DNA of 63,929 nucleotides, counting the filler, from Sphacelaria rigidula (lineage: Eukaryota): the NCBI GenBank assembly GCA_964200075.2. It is 11 parts of 11 records of this genome, joined end to end, with 100 filler letters (N's around TTAATTAATTAA, not from the genome) between each part and the next. Parts side by side here need not be neighbours in the genome. Positions count along the whole stretch, not along the records: positions 1 to 5,721 come from CAXNAA020024973.1; positions 5,822 to 11,542 come from CAXNAA020024974.1; positions 11,643 to 17,363 come from CAXNAA020024975.1; 8 more parts are not named here. One strand, written 5' to 3'. Position 1 is the first letter of the stretch, and the number at the start of each line of letters is the position of its first letter. The notes beneath the pieces are model-generated. The model was given only the letters and a program-made list of their open reading frames with translations, had not been told where the DNA came from and searched no databases. The translations under genes and the position numbers were made by a program. Positions 1-11,962 of this stretch are shown here, piece after piece.

Positions 1-134
1 CCACATACACCGAAAGATGTAGACTGGTGCCCAGAATAAATGGGACGACAACACACACAACACTTTTCTTCCCGCCAATTTTTCTCTTCTCTTCTCTTTT
101 TATCAGTTTGCTCTGCTTGCACTGTTTTTTTTTC

Positions 135-1020
135 TCGTATCTTCTTTCTCGAGTTTCCCTCAGCGACTGTCTTCGTTCATGACCGTGAGCACGTCTATCT
201 TGTGGACAATGACCACGACTGCATTCGTCGCGGATCAGTCGAAGCACCACAGATAATATTGTAATTCAATAAATCAGTAGAGGCGAAGGGATATTATATC
301 CCCGGCCAACACGTCTTACTGAAATGGGGGTACACGGATACTCGACATCGACACCTTATTTCGTTACAAAGGCCGGTGCTGTGATCAGTGCTGTGATTTC
401 GGTGCAATGACCCGCTGTTAGAAACCCCGAGATGACTCAGGGGTTACATGGGGCGAGGCTAACCTAGCTTGTAGCCTTCAAAACCCCAAGTGCTGAGCCC
501 TCCTCCTCCTCGGACGTCGCTTGCTGTACGCGCGAACCAAACTTCGAAGGATGTAGCCCATCACATGTCATGCTCTATTTTCTGTTGCAGCTTGAGTATA
601 TGTCGAGAGCTTTTGTGAGTAGTCTTGGTCTCGACATTGATAGCAACTACCACCTCTCTTTTTCATCTCTATTTTCCTGCCTTTTGGTTTTCTGTTATAT
701 TCTACGTTTTTCAAAGGTCTGCTCAACCAAATCCATTCGGGAAGGGACTCGTCGGGTGTTCTCCTGGGGACCGCTACTAACCCACCTTAGCCTGGCTTTT
801 CCTTGCTCCTCAACTATTATTCGGTATTTTTTTGTCTTCTAGTTCTTTGCTTTTCGATTTTTCTCCGTCTGTTTTCTCATCTCTGATTTCATACTCTGAC
901 TTTCTCGAGTTTCCTTCAGCAGGTCTTTCAGCTATGTGTACCTTGGCCACGACCCTATGACCACCGTTGCAAACATAGCGGACCAGCTAAAGTGCGACAA
1001 TCAATCAAGTTAAATCAGAC
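135..1020 (+). repeat. Two LINE-like 3'-tail fragments (135-280 and 895-1020)
   Basis: Both share TTTCTCGAGTTTCC(C/T)TCAGC...GACCAC...CGGA(T/C)CAG; the second ends in CAATCAATCAA. Related tails lie at ~4050-4160 (+), ~28150-28215 (-), ~40015-40095 (-) and ~50660-50710 (-). Confidence 0.55.
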
Positions 1021-1804
1021 CTAATTAATCTCACAAGTGCATTAACCCACGCAACACAGTCGTCTCGTAGATTACCACACTTTTTTCAGGAACAAAGCAA
1101 AATGTGGCGAATGAGAGACTGTGCCTTGTACTTTCGAGACCTACAAGGGTTTGTTCGGGTTGCGAACAAGTCGAAGACTACAAGGGGAAGTATTTCACGG
1201 GCTGTACTTCAGTTTCGCTTCCTGAATTGAAGGGCGCTACGATAATCACCAGCCGGCTTTCCAGTCTTGTTCTCGTGCATTACGGGGGAGCACTATTATT
1301 AACAGTAGGAGTATCACGAAAGTAGTATACAGGATTGGAGGGACACCAGAAGGAAACATTCACGAAATGGGCCTTAATTGCTTATGTGCATATATTGTTC
1401 TATTTTTTGTCGCTGGCCACTGACTGCAGGGACCTTGCGGTTCATCCGAGCTATCGTCTGTTGAAATTGGCCCGTAAACGCTGGAGTTACGTCCGTTCAT
1501 GTATCCTGTCGTACTAACAATGTTCCCCCATGATAGTAGCTGTTTTGAGAGGTTGATGCTTCTGGTCCCCTCTTCTGTACATTTGCGGATATGTTCAGAG
1601 TTTATACGCAGGGCAGGGAGTAACCGTAGGCGACCCAGAGCACCGCAGGTCAAGAGACAACAAAACAAGGAACGTTTCACGCGATATGTGTAAGTTTTTT
1701 AATTAATCGGCCGACATGCAAACAATCCGTGATGTCAACTGAAAACGCACCCCCCGCACGGTGACTCTGAGGTAAGGGTTGACGATTTATGGTATTTTTC
1801 TTCC

Positions 1805-3640
1805 GCCCTGAGCGAGGATCTTTCGGAGGTTCTGCATCTCTTCCACAGCGTTATCGCGGCGGTTTGGACGTGTGGCGAGGTGCTGCAGGAAGGGACAGAT
1901 GCCACCATCAAAGTGCTACGCAAGAAGGAAGGTGGGAGCGAGTGTGGTAACTACAGGGGCATCTCAGTCGTGGCACATGCGGGTAAAGCTCCCCACACAA
2001 TGGCGTTCAAAAGGCTCGGTAATTTCTGCGAGGAGGCAAGGATTTTCCAAAAGGAGCAGTGCAGATTCCAGCGTCAACGATCGACAAAGGACATGATGGA
2101 CATGATGGACATGATGGGCATAATGGACATGATGCTCGCGGTACGCCGACTACACGAGTGACACTTTCGACGATAGCCCCCCCGAAACCAGCCCGAATGT
2201 GTCACGAAAAAAGTGATCATACAGCGCTTGGTGTGTGAGTTCAGGCTGCATGAAGCGCCTGATATAGGTGACATGGACGAGAACGAACGCAAGCGTGGGA
2301 ATTCCCAGCTGCTCGTTGTGCTCGGCTTTTTTCATTTCGATTTACATGAAGATTTTGCCTCCCCAAACCAGGTACTTTTGCGGGGGAAGGGGGGGGCGTA
2401 CTTATTTTTTGCTTGCCTTAGTCGTTTGACCATTGTCCACGCATTCCTTTCGAGACGGAGCGCCCCAAACCGGGCAATTTTGAAGGGGGGGGGGAGGGGG
2501 GGCTATCGTAGAAAGTGTCGAGTTGAGACGGGCGAGCAATGTCCCACTAAACACGCGCTTCATCGACCTGCAGAAAACCTGCGATTCCGTAGACCGCACG
2601 CTCCTGTGGGAACTACTTGTCCGGTTCGGAGTCTCGCTGCGAATGATCACGATCATCCGCATGTTTCACGACGGCACGCGAGCTCGGGTAAAGCTGGATA
2701 GTGGCAAACTATCAGCATGGTTCTACGTCTGCCAGGGACTCAGGCAAGGGTGCCTTTCCTCCCCGCTATTCTTGTCCCACATCTTCGGCGCAGCCTTGGT
2801 CGACGTGATCGTATAGCGATTTGCGGCGGACGCGGCCATCGTCTCAGACTTGGTATTTTTGGACGATGCGCCAAGAAAGTGACGATGGTGAACTTCTTGG
2901 GAGATACGCCGCCAGAGAAGGTACGGCGCGTGGTATGGGCAATGCTATATGCGGATGACGCCAGAATAGTCGCGAGGTTCCCACATGGGCTTGCTATAAT
3001 GATGGCCGTGGTAATGGTGGCCTGTCAAGAGCTCGGTCTCGCAATATCGGAGGGTAAGACAGAGCCCATCCTGAGGTCAGTACCCAGCTCCCGTAGGGAC
3101 CGTTGTGCCCATGGCGCGGCCGATCAACGGTATAAGCAGACGGGGAAGTTTGTCTACCTCGGTGATGCTGTCAGCGCGGATGCGAAAATGTCCATCGAAA
3201 TCAACCGCCGCATCAGCGCTACGTGAGCGCGCCTCCGAAAGTATTCTACAGTTCCCAACTCTACAATCGACCCAACGCCCAGCCATCATTTAAAATCCGG
3301 CCGCTTCAAGCGGAGTTGGTGGAAGCTCGGTTGTACGGAAGTGCCACATGGACGCTGCGTTCCGAGGACTTCGACAGTCTGCGCATTTCCTACCACAAGA
3401 TTTAGCTGCGAGTGGTTTAGATTCCGCAGGAAAAAGTAAATGGGATACGAGACCCTTTATTCCAGACCCGTGCTCGAGAATACCACCTTCGAATTTACCG
3501 AGACGATCATCCGCAGGCGTCAACTCTGCTTCGCGGGGGGCCTTGCCAGGCAAGACGGAACCCGTCTTGCAAAGTGCGTCATGCACGGACGGTTATCTGC
3601 ACAAGGATGCACTGGGGGCCCTTCCACGCAAAGGAGCACA
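1805..3640 (+). mobile_element. Degenerate RTE-clade non-LTR retrotransposon, reverse transcriptase region
   Basis: Frameshifted RT motifs in order: DATIKVL...ECGNYRGISVVAHAGK, EQCRF, FIDLQK.CDSVDRTLLW, QGLRQGC.SSPLF, MLYADD, FVYLG...EINRRI, LYGSATWTL. It has stops and frameshifts, a 9-bp GACATGATG expansion at ~2090-2135 and a MITE insertion. Confidence 0.93.
2160..2519. mobile_element. MITE with GACACTTTC(G/T)ACGATAGCCCC terminal inverted repeats, inserted in the LINE
   Basis: TIRs at both ends and a 4-bp TSD GAGT (2156-2159 / 2520-2523). Removing the element restores the RT frame VRRLHE-LRRASNVPL. A second copy lies at 32438-32696. Confidence 0.9.
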
Positions 3641-4583
3641 ACGGAAATGGTTCATCTGTAGTCTCATTCATTTATGTTCTCTCTTTTTCTCTCCATCTCT
3701 ACCTTGCTCTCTCTCTCTCTCTCTCTCTCTATCCATGTGTGTGTGTATACGTTTTCTCCCGGTGTATCCAAGTCGCAGTTCGGTGCGTCGCTTCCGTAGG
3801 ATTCATGGGTGAGAACTCATATCCAAAATAATGGGGCTGAAACAGATGGATTCGTAATCTGTCTCCACCGTATTTTGCTTTTTTTTTCGCTTGGGTATTA
3901 TCCCTTGCGCTGTTGCGCAAGACCTTTTCACCTGAATGAAGCCATGTTGAAGTGACCGGCCATTTCTATTCTTGGCTTTGTTTTCTTTTGTTGCTTGCTT
4001 GATTGTTTTTTTCACTTTACTCGTTGCATCTGCTCCACCTTTCTGTTTTCACTTTCCTTCAGCGAGCATTTCTGTTTTGTTACTCGTCATGTACGTCTAT
4101 CGTGTGGACACGACTGGATCCCCGGAGAATTCAGTGCATGTGCGACGATCAGTCAATACATCGATCTGGAACAATTCAGCTAAAATCTGGAGCAAGGTGA
4201 AGTAGAGTCGAAATTTGACAGTGAGTCGTTTTTAAAAATCGACAGTTGTTCGAGTATGATGCCGAAGTTGCAGCACAACTTTGCGCATTTGTCGTGTGAG
4301 ACTTCTGTTCAGGTTCGCTTGTCCGGACAACCAAGCGCCTCAACGTCACGGGAAATAATTTCGCCTACTATAACCCTCCTTCCTGATCATCGAACCGGAA
4401 CAACGTATCGCAACCAAGCACGGCACGCCCCTACACCGACCTTTGGGTGTCCTGATCTGCAGAACTTAAAATATGCGCGTGGAGTGTTTTCCGCTTCATG
4501 TCACGGTATTTATTCATCGTGTCGTTTGGTGCTGACGTTACCGTTTTTATCGATCACGCGCACTGTGCCGTATAACCACGTAC

Positions 4584-4814
4584 ATTGTGAAGCTTGTGTG
4601 TGATGTACAGCAGCATGTTCCTGCAGTGAGTCATCCACTGGCGTTCCATCGTGAGCTCCTTCAAGGTCTCCGCAGGACAGGGGGATATGCGCAAGATGAA
4701 GTAGTCGTGTGGAATGACAACTTTGCCCCCCGCGGCGCCGCTGGCGTCGTGTGTCGGTAGGCTGACCGGCCGTCCAGGCGGCTTTATTGAAAGGCTCCTA
4801 CCCTTGCGAGTCAC
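4584..4814 (-). CDS. Orphan internal exon of an unidentified host gene (77 codons, VTRKGRSLSIKPPG...YITHKLHN)
   Basis: CAG acceptor at 4815-4817, GTACGT donor at 4578-4583, and a 231-nt open phase 0-0 frame. Confidence 0.55.
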
Positions 4815-4951
4815 CTGACCGATGCATGGCGGTGTGCATATATGCGTTTATAATCGGGGGTGCGTGCGGAAAGTGTATGTGGCATGTATACAAGAGGAGA
4901 AATAAAACGTCGTTACAGCGGATAATGACCGAGTTCAAAATATTATTTACA

Positions 4952-5309
4952 GGCTGGGTCTCCTAAGACGCAGACAGGGATGTGAACACGCGATTTAACA
5001 CCTGAGTTTCAGGTCGTTTTCTATGAAATTTTGACACGATGTACAGGATGTATGTACCAAGACGCCACCTTTTTCCCCATATGTTTTGTTTTTAATTATT
5101 CGCTATTTTGTTCCGACAAAGCTGTTCCGAAATGTTTGGTTGCCGATAGCTCACGGGGGAAAATAAAATAATTCAGAGGGGAAAAGGTGGCGTCTTGGTA
5201 CATACATCCTGTACATCATGTCAAAACTTCATTAAAAACGACCTGAAACTCAGCTGTTAGATCGCGTGTTCGTGTCCAAGATTGGTTGCTATCTGGAGAT
5301 GAACCAGCC
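4952..5309. mobile_element. Foldback element or MITE with ~125-bp inverted arms
   Basis: Arm 4952-5078 matches the reverse complement of 5178-5309 (core GATGTACAGGATGTATGTACCAAGACGCCACCTTTT). A further diverged arm lies at ~5500-5575. Confidence 0.8.
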
Positions 5310-6207
5310 ACGAGAAAATGAAACGCGGTTATGCTGTTGAATTTCAAGTATTTTTCCTCCCTTTTGTACCCCCTTGTCATTTTTTCTTCTTTCTAATGAG
5401 TTGTCGACGCTTTTGCACCATAAAAAACTGTTCCGAAATTTAGATCACCAATAACATACGAAGAAAAAGAAAAAAAGAGAGGGCAAACGGTAGGGGCTTC
5501 GCATATACCCCATGTATACCGTGTCAAAAATTCATGAAAAGCAACCTCAAACTGAGCAGTAAAATCGCGTTTTTCTGCCGAGAACCGGTTCACTTGCGTT
5601 TAGAGTACAATGACCTCAGCCGGAACTGTGACGTTTTCTACAAGCGCGACGCCTTGGCGCGCTGGAGGTCTCGTCTGCGTGCCATCTCAGACACTGCGCA
5701 CCTACAACAGTACGACATGCCNNNNNNNNNNNNNNNNNNNNNNNNNNNNNNNNNNNNNNNNNNNNTTAATTAATTAANNNNNNNNNNNNNNNNNNNNNNN
5801 NNNNNNNNNNNNNNNNNNNNNTCTTCGTGTTTCTCGCTTTATCGCTCTTTTGTTTGGTGTATTAGGTGGTGGGTGCGCAGGAGAGGCTGTCTACTCATGT
5901 GTTGCTTGCCTTAGCCATTCGATCATTAACCACGCATTCCTTCCGATACGAAGCACCGTTCCTGCTCGTTATCGAGACACCTTCAATGTTTGAGCTGCCA
6001 TTACATTTTTCCGTGCATTACACCAAAACCGTCTACACAGCATCCCTCTTCCGGTTTCGATTTCTTTGGCCACCATCTATTGTCTAGCATGGACGGGAGA
6101 GGGGAGAGGGGAGAAGGGGTGGGGCGGGGCGGGGCCGGGCGTGACATACCCTGTAGATCTGTAGCAGCGCGTATTCGACATGGTATGGAGAATGACTGAA
6201 GACCCAC

Positions 6208-6351
6208 CTGCAGACCGAAAAAACGGTACGACAGCTGCTGGTAGCGCGTGGGCACGTAGGGCAGCTTCCTGAGCAGCCTGCCGGTGATATACATTCGCCC
6301 CACCATCCACAGCGCCCAGAACACTATGCTTGCTACTTGCGCCGACGCCAG
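6208..6351 (-). CDS. Internal exon of a membrane protein (LASAQVASIVFWALWMVGRMYITGRLLRKLPYVPTRYQQLSYRFFGLQ)
   Basis: TTGCAG acceptor, GTGGGT donor, 144 nt, phase 0-0. A hydrophobic helix is followed by an LPY..TRYQQLSYRFF motif reminiscent of Wntless/TMEM181-like transmembrane regions; the family call is tentative. Confidence 0.7.
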
Positions 6352-7585
6352 CTGCAAACGGCGCGCCGGAGAAGGGGGGCGGGGGCGGGGGCGGAGCAGG
6401 GGTGTATTCATGATCTTTCACGCCTGAGTCAAAAATACCGTTGAACTCGCATCCCTAAAAAGCCGGGACGGAGGACGCCGGGTTTGCGCCGGTCCAGGCT
6501 CGAAGGGACCGGGGGTGAGGAAACAGGGGGGGGGGGGGGGGTCAGCCTATGAATGCGTGTGGATCTGTCCTCGCTATAGGCTTGTTCACGTTCATCGCCC
6601 AATATTCGGTCATCAGCAAATGCCTTCCGCAATACCTGCCCAATAGTCGCATACATGATATCATACTGACCGCCATGGACAGCTGGAGAGCGTGACATAG
6701 CCGAATTTTGTGTTCAAGGCCATAGTGGCAGCACTAAGAGCGACGAGGGTATCCCGACCAATCAGCGCCCTTCAAATTGATCTGAAATCGAAAGTACGAA
6801 TTCCAAGCCCAATTTCCACCCAATTTCCACAGGCTCCATGTCGTGGTAACCGCCATCAGCTCGGGAGTCTAACGGAAAGAGCAGATTTGAAAACGGTCAC
6901 CACAGGGTCGGATAATACACGAAACCGTGGTGTTTTGGCATCGTCTCATCTCCACTCGTGATACGCACGAAAGCCCAGGGAGCCTCGTGACGGTTTCCCC
7001 CATATCTGTCGTAAAAAAGCTCAGATCGCCCTCAAACTTGGCAGCTCCGTAGGTATTGATGCTCCGAATGAAAAATATGTATTCTTGATAATATTTCAAA
7101 GTATCTTCGTTCTCCACCGGCTTCCGCGGGTCCGAAGTGTGAAGACCGCCGCGAGGCGGTATAGAACGCCTCACAAGGGTAAAACAAAACGAATCGTCCC
7201 GGGGTAGTCAAAGGAACAATTACAAATTTTGGTCGAGAAACTCGGCAACCTCATACAGTTTTTCCTCGCCTTGGCGTTCAATTCACCCAAAAACTACGTT
7301 TTTATACTAAAACCAAGTAGTTGGAAAATTGTACGTTTCAAGTTCACGTCATCGCACAAACGCGCAAAACATGCCGCCATTTTTAGGAATTCGACTCTGA
7401 AGCTTTGCACATATTTGCTGTGATTCATTATGCAACTTTCGATGGACGATTTTTGTTTCACTCCATGCCTTTTTCACCGTTTTTCGGGGGTCCGACGGGA
7501 TCCGAGTTGTGCCAAAAACGGTGGAAAAAATCAAAAAGTCGACCTTTGAAAGTTGCATAGTGACCCGTAGCAAAACTGCAAGTAC

Positions 7586-9771
7586 AGGTCGAGTAGAGAA
7601 TACTGAATACTCAGTATTTTCGAATAGTCATACTTCAAGTACTCAAATTTTGAGTAGAGTATCTGAGGTCGTACTCGACCTACTCAAAATTTTGAGTAAA
7701 ATATTTGAGATCATACTCAATCTACTCAAAATTTGAGTAAATATTGAGGTCATACTCAAGTGATACTCTATACTCATGTATTACTGAGGGTGCTAACTCA
7801 AAATTTGAGTATTGATGGCCGTACTCGATCTACTCAAATTTCGAGTGGGATGTTTGAGGCCGTACTTGATCCACTCAAAATTTGAGTATAGTATTTCAGG
7901 CCGTACTCGACCTACTCAAAAATTGAGTAGAGTATTTGCGGCCATACCTCATCTACCCGAAAGCTGGGTAGAGTATCCGAGGCCGGACCCGATGTACCGA
8001 AAACCTATAACTTCAACTTCAGTATTGAATTTCGTACGCAAGATACTCAAACTCGGGTAGAGGAAATACTGAGGTATTCCCAGAGTTGCCCACCTATGAT
8101 TAGTGCTGCTTCAAGATCAAACTTCAGTGAACATTCAGATACAGTGCGTTCGAGAAATAATTTGGATCAGAAGCAAATGATCAAAACTAGGGTAAAATGA
8201 ATATTGGCGTACCGCAAGTTGCTCTGTGATCGCACAGGGGTGCGATCGATTTTAAATGTTTTCGAACTTGTTTTTTTTTTTCACAGGGGTGCGTTCTCAC
8301 GACCCCTGTGCGAACACTGCGCCCCCTGTGCAAAAATCGAATCAAACCATTTCATACTGCTTTTCCATCGCACACCCCTGTGCCATCTCAACATGTGCGA
8401 TATTGAGTAAATAATTTCGATGACACCAGGGTCTTTGAACGCACACCCTGTGCGATAACCCCGCCATGTGCGATACTCAGTAAATCTTCGCCGGTGTAAA
8501 GGAACAATCTGCAACAGTACTGCCGTAGGAACAAGGTCTGCAGGTGCGTGAAACATAGCAAGTACACACGGGCACACAGCCACAGCACGACAGCATTAAG
8601 CACACCGCACGAGCTAAGAAAAATGCGGCAGGATTTTCAAAACACGACGAGGGCTTCGTTCTTTCCGTCGGTGTTGTGTTTGGTGAAAGTTTTCGGCTTT
8701 GGTGGTTTCATCCCAAGGTCCACGACGAGAACTGGAGTAATATAAATTGAAAAAGAAAACCACTCCGTATGTTTTCTTGTGTCTGCACTGCCACACCGCA
8801 GTGCGTAGTACAGACAAGCCCCATGACGACCAGTGGAATAAAGAAAAAAATCGTGGCAACTCAGGCTGTCCGCCCCAAAGACCCATCCGCGCGCACGCGT
8901 CCTCACGCCCGGAAGGTGGTTGAGACGCATTTCATCCTCAAGATCGCACCCCTGTGCGAAAACAACGCCCCCTGTGCGAAAAACCAATGAAATCATTTCA
9001 AGCCGTGTTTTTGATCGCACAGGGGTGCATTCTCACGACCCCTGCGCGGAATTCACGCCCTGTGCGATCACAGAGCAACTTACGGTATTGTCTAACGGCG
9101 TTCGGATTGTACCGTAATATTGCTGCACGGCGCCAGCATATCGAAAGCGTTGCGAGGTATCGAGTATGTACTGCCGTGGGTGGGGGCTGGTAAGATGGGG
9201 CACTGGGGCAGGTAGGTTCACTGTTCATTCACCTGCACACTTCTTTTTTTGATGGCCATCATTCGCTCATACTCCTTGTAGTCTGTAATGTAACGCCACC
9301 CATCTAGTTGATGGCCATCGTTCGCCCATGTATTCAACATGGTCTGTGAAGTGACGTCACGAAGTCGCCGACGATCACGGATACTCACCATTCCCAAGTG
9401 ATACTCTATACTCAAGTATTACTGAGAGTAATTACTCAATATTTGAGTAGAGTATTGGAGGTCGTACTCGATTGAATAAAAATTGGAGTAGAGTATGTGA
9501 GGCCGTACTCGACCTCCTCAAAATTTGAGTGGAGTATTGAGGTCATACTCAAGTGATACTCTATACTCAAGTATTACTGAGAATGCTCACTATTTCAGTA
9601 GAGTATTTGAGGTCATACTCAAAAATTGAATCGTGTATTCGAGGCTACATTCAACCTACCCGAAATTTGAGTAGAGTATCTGAGGCCGTACTCGACCTGC
9701 TCAAGCTTTGAGTGGAGTAAATACTCGAGTATTTTACGCGAGTACTCAAAAGTACTTGCTCTACTCGACCT
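7586..9771. mobile_element. Composite non-autonomous DNA transposon, probably hAT-like, with two arrays of ~41-bp palindromic subterminal repeats
   Basis: 13-bp inverted termini AGGTCGAGTAGAG (7586) / CTCTACTCGACCT (9771). Arrays of TACTCAAAATTTGAGTA-GAGTATTTGAGGCCGTACTCGACC lie at ~7630-8000 and ~9400-9750. No clean TSD was found. Confidence 0.65.
8212..9085. mobile_element. Tc1/mariner-pogo-type MITE with TA TSD, nested in the element above
   Basis: TA|CCGCAAGTTGCTCTGTGATCGCACAGGG ... CCCTGTGCGATCACAGAGCAACTTACGG|TA, with many internal CACAGGGG / CCCCTGTGCG motifs. Confidence 0.85.
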
Positions 9772-10081
9772 CCCCATGCAAAATTGTGCGAAATTTCCCG
9801 GGATAACTCCTACAAACGGCGTGAAGTTCTGCGGATGAGTGTTTCTAGACTGATGAACGTGAACCAGCCCGTAAGTTGAGGCTACCAGACCCGGTAGCCA
9901 CCGGTACTACTGTGCCTTCGGTGAGAACCCGATCTTGCGCGCGATTGTTCCAGTGCGATCGTTGGTATTGCTCATAGTGGTGCCAATCGAGATTAACATG
10001 TGCAGATCCCCCGCCACGACTTTGAGGCTATAGCCACGGCGTACGTACCCCAGGGAACAAGAACCTCCCAACATGTAGAGT

Positions 10082-10556
10082 GAGTGTTGTGCTGCCATCC
10101 CATCTATTCTGGACGCCAGTCCACACCTTTCGATATATGCCGCCGCGTCAGCCGGGGTCACACAGGAAGAAGGACAACACAGGAGTTTTCCTATTTTGTT
10201 TCAGTACTCCAAACGTCGACTTCACGGTCGACGAGGGAAAGGGAGTGCTGGACCATTCTCACGATAAAAAGATAAAGGCAAGCACCGCAGAAGTAAGGTG
10301 GAGAACTATATTGAAACAAATAAAAGACAAAAAAACAAAAAAACAACAAAACTCCTGCATGTGTTGGCCTTCCTCCTGTGTGACCCCGGCTGGTGCGCCC
10401 ACATATACCGAGAGGTGTAGACTAGCGTCCAGAATAGATGGGATGACAACACTCGCACACGCAACACTCCACTTTCCTTCTGCGATGCTTGCCTTCTTTT
10501 TTTTATCGCGACAAGGATACAGCGGTCCCTTTCCCTCGTCGACCGTGAAGTCGAAT
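10082..10556. mobile_element. Two nested antiparallel copies of the SINE family 1 body and tail
   Basis: A minus-strand copy (10082-10211 plus 10466-10556) is split by a 5'-truncated plus-strand copy (10212-10465). ACTCCA is duplicated at 10206-10211 / 10466-10471. Both match the SINE at 26861-27217. Confidence 0.85.
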
Positions 10557-10560
10557 TTTG

Positions 10561-10850
10561 CAGGGAAATACACGTTACACGTGCCATAGCGTTACACGTT
10601 ACGTTCACGTTACGTTTTGGCCAAAACGTAAAGTGAATGTAAAAAAAATGTTACGTGATCAACGAAACGTGAACGTAACGTTAAATTTTCAAATGAAACA
10701 TCAACGTAACGTTAATTCTTTTGTGACATGCGTAACGTAACGTGGACGTCAAATTGACCGAACGTTCAGAACACGTGACATGAAACGTTTCATGTAGAGT
10801 GTAACGTATATTACACGTTACACGTGCATTAGACGTTACACGTCACATGA
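10561..10850. repeat. ACGTTAC / GTAACGT motif-rich region, likely a transposon subterminal array
   Basis: Dense ACGT-cored short motifs in both orientations, beginning CAGGGAAATACACGTTACACGT. Confidence 0.55.
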
Positions 10851-11219
10851 AGCGGTGACACTTCAAGTTTGCGATGAATTTTCAAATCCTAGAAGATTGT
10901 GCTTCAATAAAAACCACTGAGTTTGAATGACCATGGTATAGGACACACTATTTCAGCAAGTGCGCGCGCTCCGCGCCACCTCACACATTATAAGCTATCG
11001 TGACAGCATAACATCATGATCATCTTGACCACACTCATATCGAGAGACCGGGTGCAACGTGCACATGCACGCGGCGTTCACATGCACCAGTACATGACAT
11101 GGATCCAGGGGGGGAAGGGCAGGTCCACAACGAGGGGGTACCGCAGAAGCTTGAAGCCAATCTCGACCGTTGCTTGCAGCCGCAGCATCTGATGCGGGAC
11201 TCGCCTGCCCCGCGGCCGA

Positions 11220-11542
11220 TGACTTGCCGTGTGCAACTACCATGTATGTAGTGGGCGGGGATGAAGAAGCGGTCTATATGCAGTTGATCTCAGTAGCTGA
11301 GAATTGCCCAGAACGTGTGAGGGAGTATGTAGCGGCAGCTGCTGCTGCTGCAGTCGGAGAGGCGTACTGCACAATACTGTACTGTACTGTATGTATGCGC
11401 ACCGCAACGCTGATACCCGTCGACGAGAATTTGCCGCATGCAACAAAGAGGGAAATGGCGGCCCATCCCGACCACAAAGGGCCGTGTGGCAAGGTGATGG
11501 GGACAATAATATCATCCAAAGTCACAAGTGGCGGGCGGCCCG
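11220..11542 (+). repeat. Dispersed repeat shared with 44619-44930 (opposite strand)
   Basis: About 300 bp of clear similarity, e.g. CAGTCGGAGAGGCGTACT and GACCACAAAGGG...CACAAGTGGCGGGCGGCCCG. Confidence 0.85.
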
Positions 11543-11642
11543 NNNNNNNNNNNNNNNNNNNNNNNNNNNNNNNNNNNNNNNNNNNNTTAATTAATTAANN
11601 NNNNNNNNNNNNNNNNNNNNNNNNNNNNNNNNNNNNNNNNNN

Positions 11643-11831
11643 ATTCTCAGTATTTTGTTATTTCATTCGACCGCGTACTCGCGACATCGAAGAATGCTTA
11701 TGCTCGCACAGGGATTTGAACCCAAGAACTTAGTTTTTTGTCAAGTTCTTGGGTTCAAATCCCTGTGCGAGCATAAGCATTCTTCGATGTCGCGAGTACG
11801 CGGTCGAATGAAAAAACAAAACACTGAGAAT
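11643..11831. repeat. Near-perfect palindrome with 89-bp arms and an 11-nt loop, containing a tRNA T-arm/B-box
   Basis: 11643-11731 is the reverse complement of 11743-11831, with two mismatches, both in the outer part. The right arm contains GGGTTCAAATCCC. Confidence 0.92.
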
Positions 11832-11962
11832 TTGACTTCGATATCGAGTACCGGGTGCAGGTCGAAGTCTACCGGTTGAACTGAACAGCGTTGGTTACAG
11901 GGACAACAACCCTGGGGTGAGAGTACTCGGGGTCATGCGATAGACCCATCGAACTTAGCTTT

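Noticed and set aside
7630..9750. CRISPR-like array of palindromic repeats
   Set aside because: The intervening sequences are homologous to each other rather than unique spacers, the repeats are degenerate, there are no cas genes, and the context is a eukaryotic TE.
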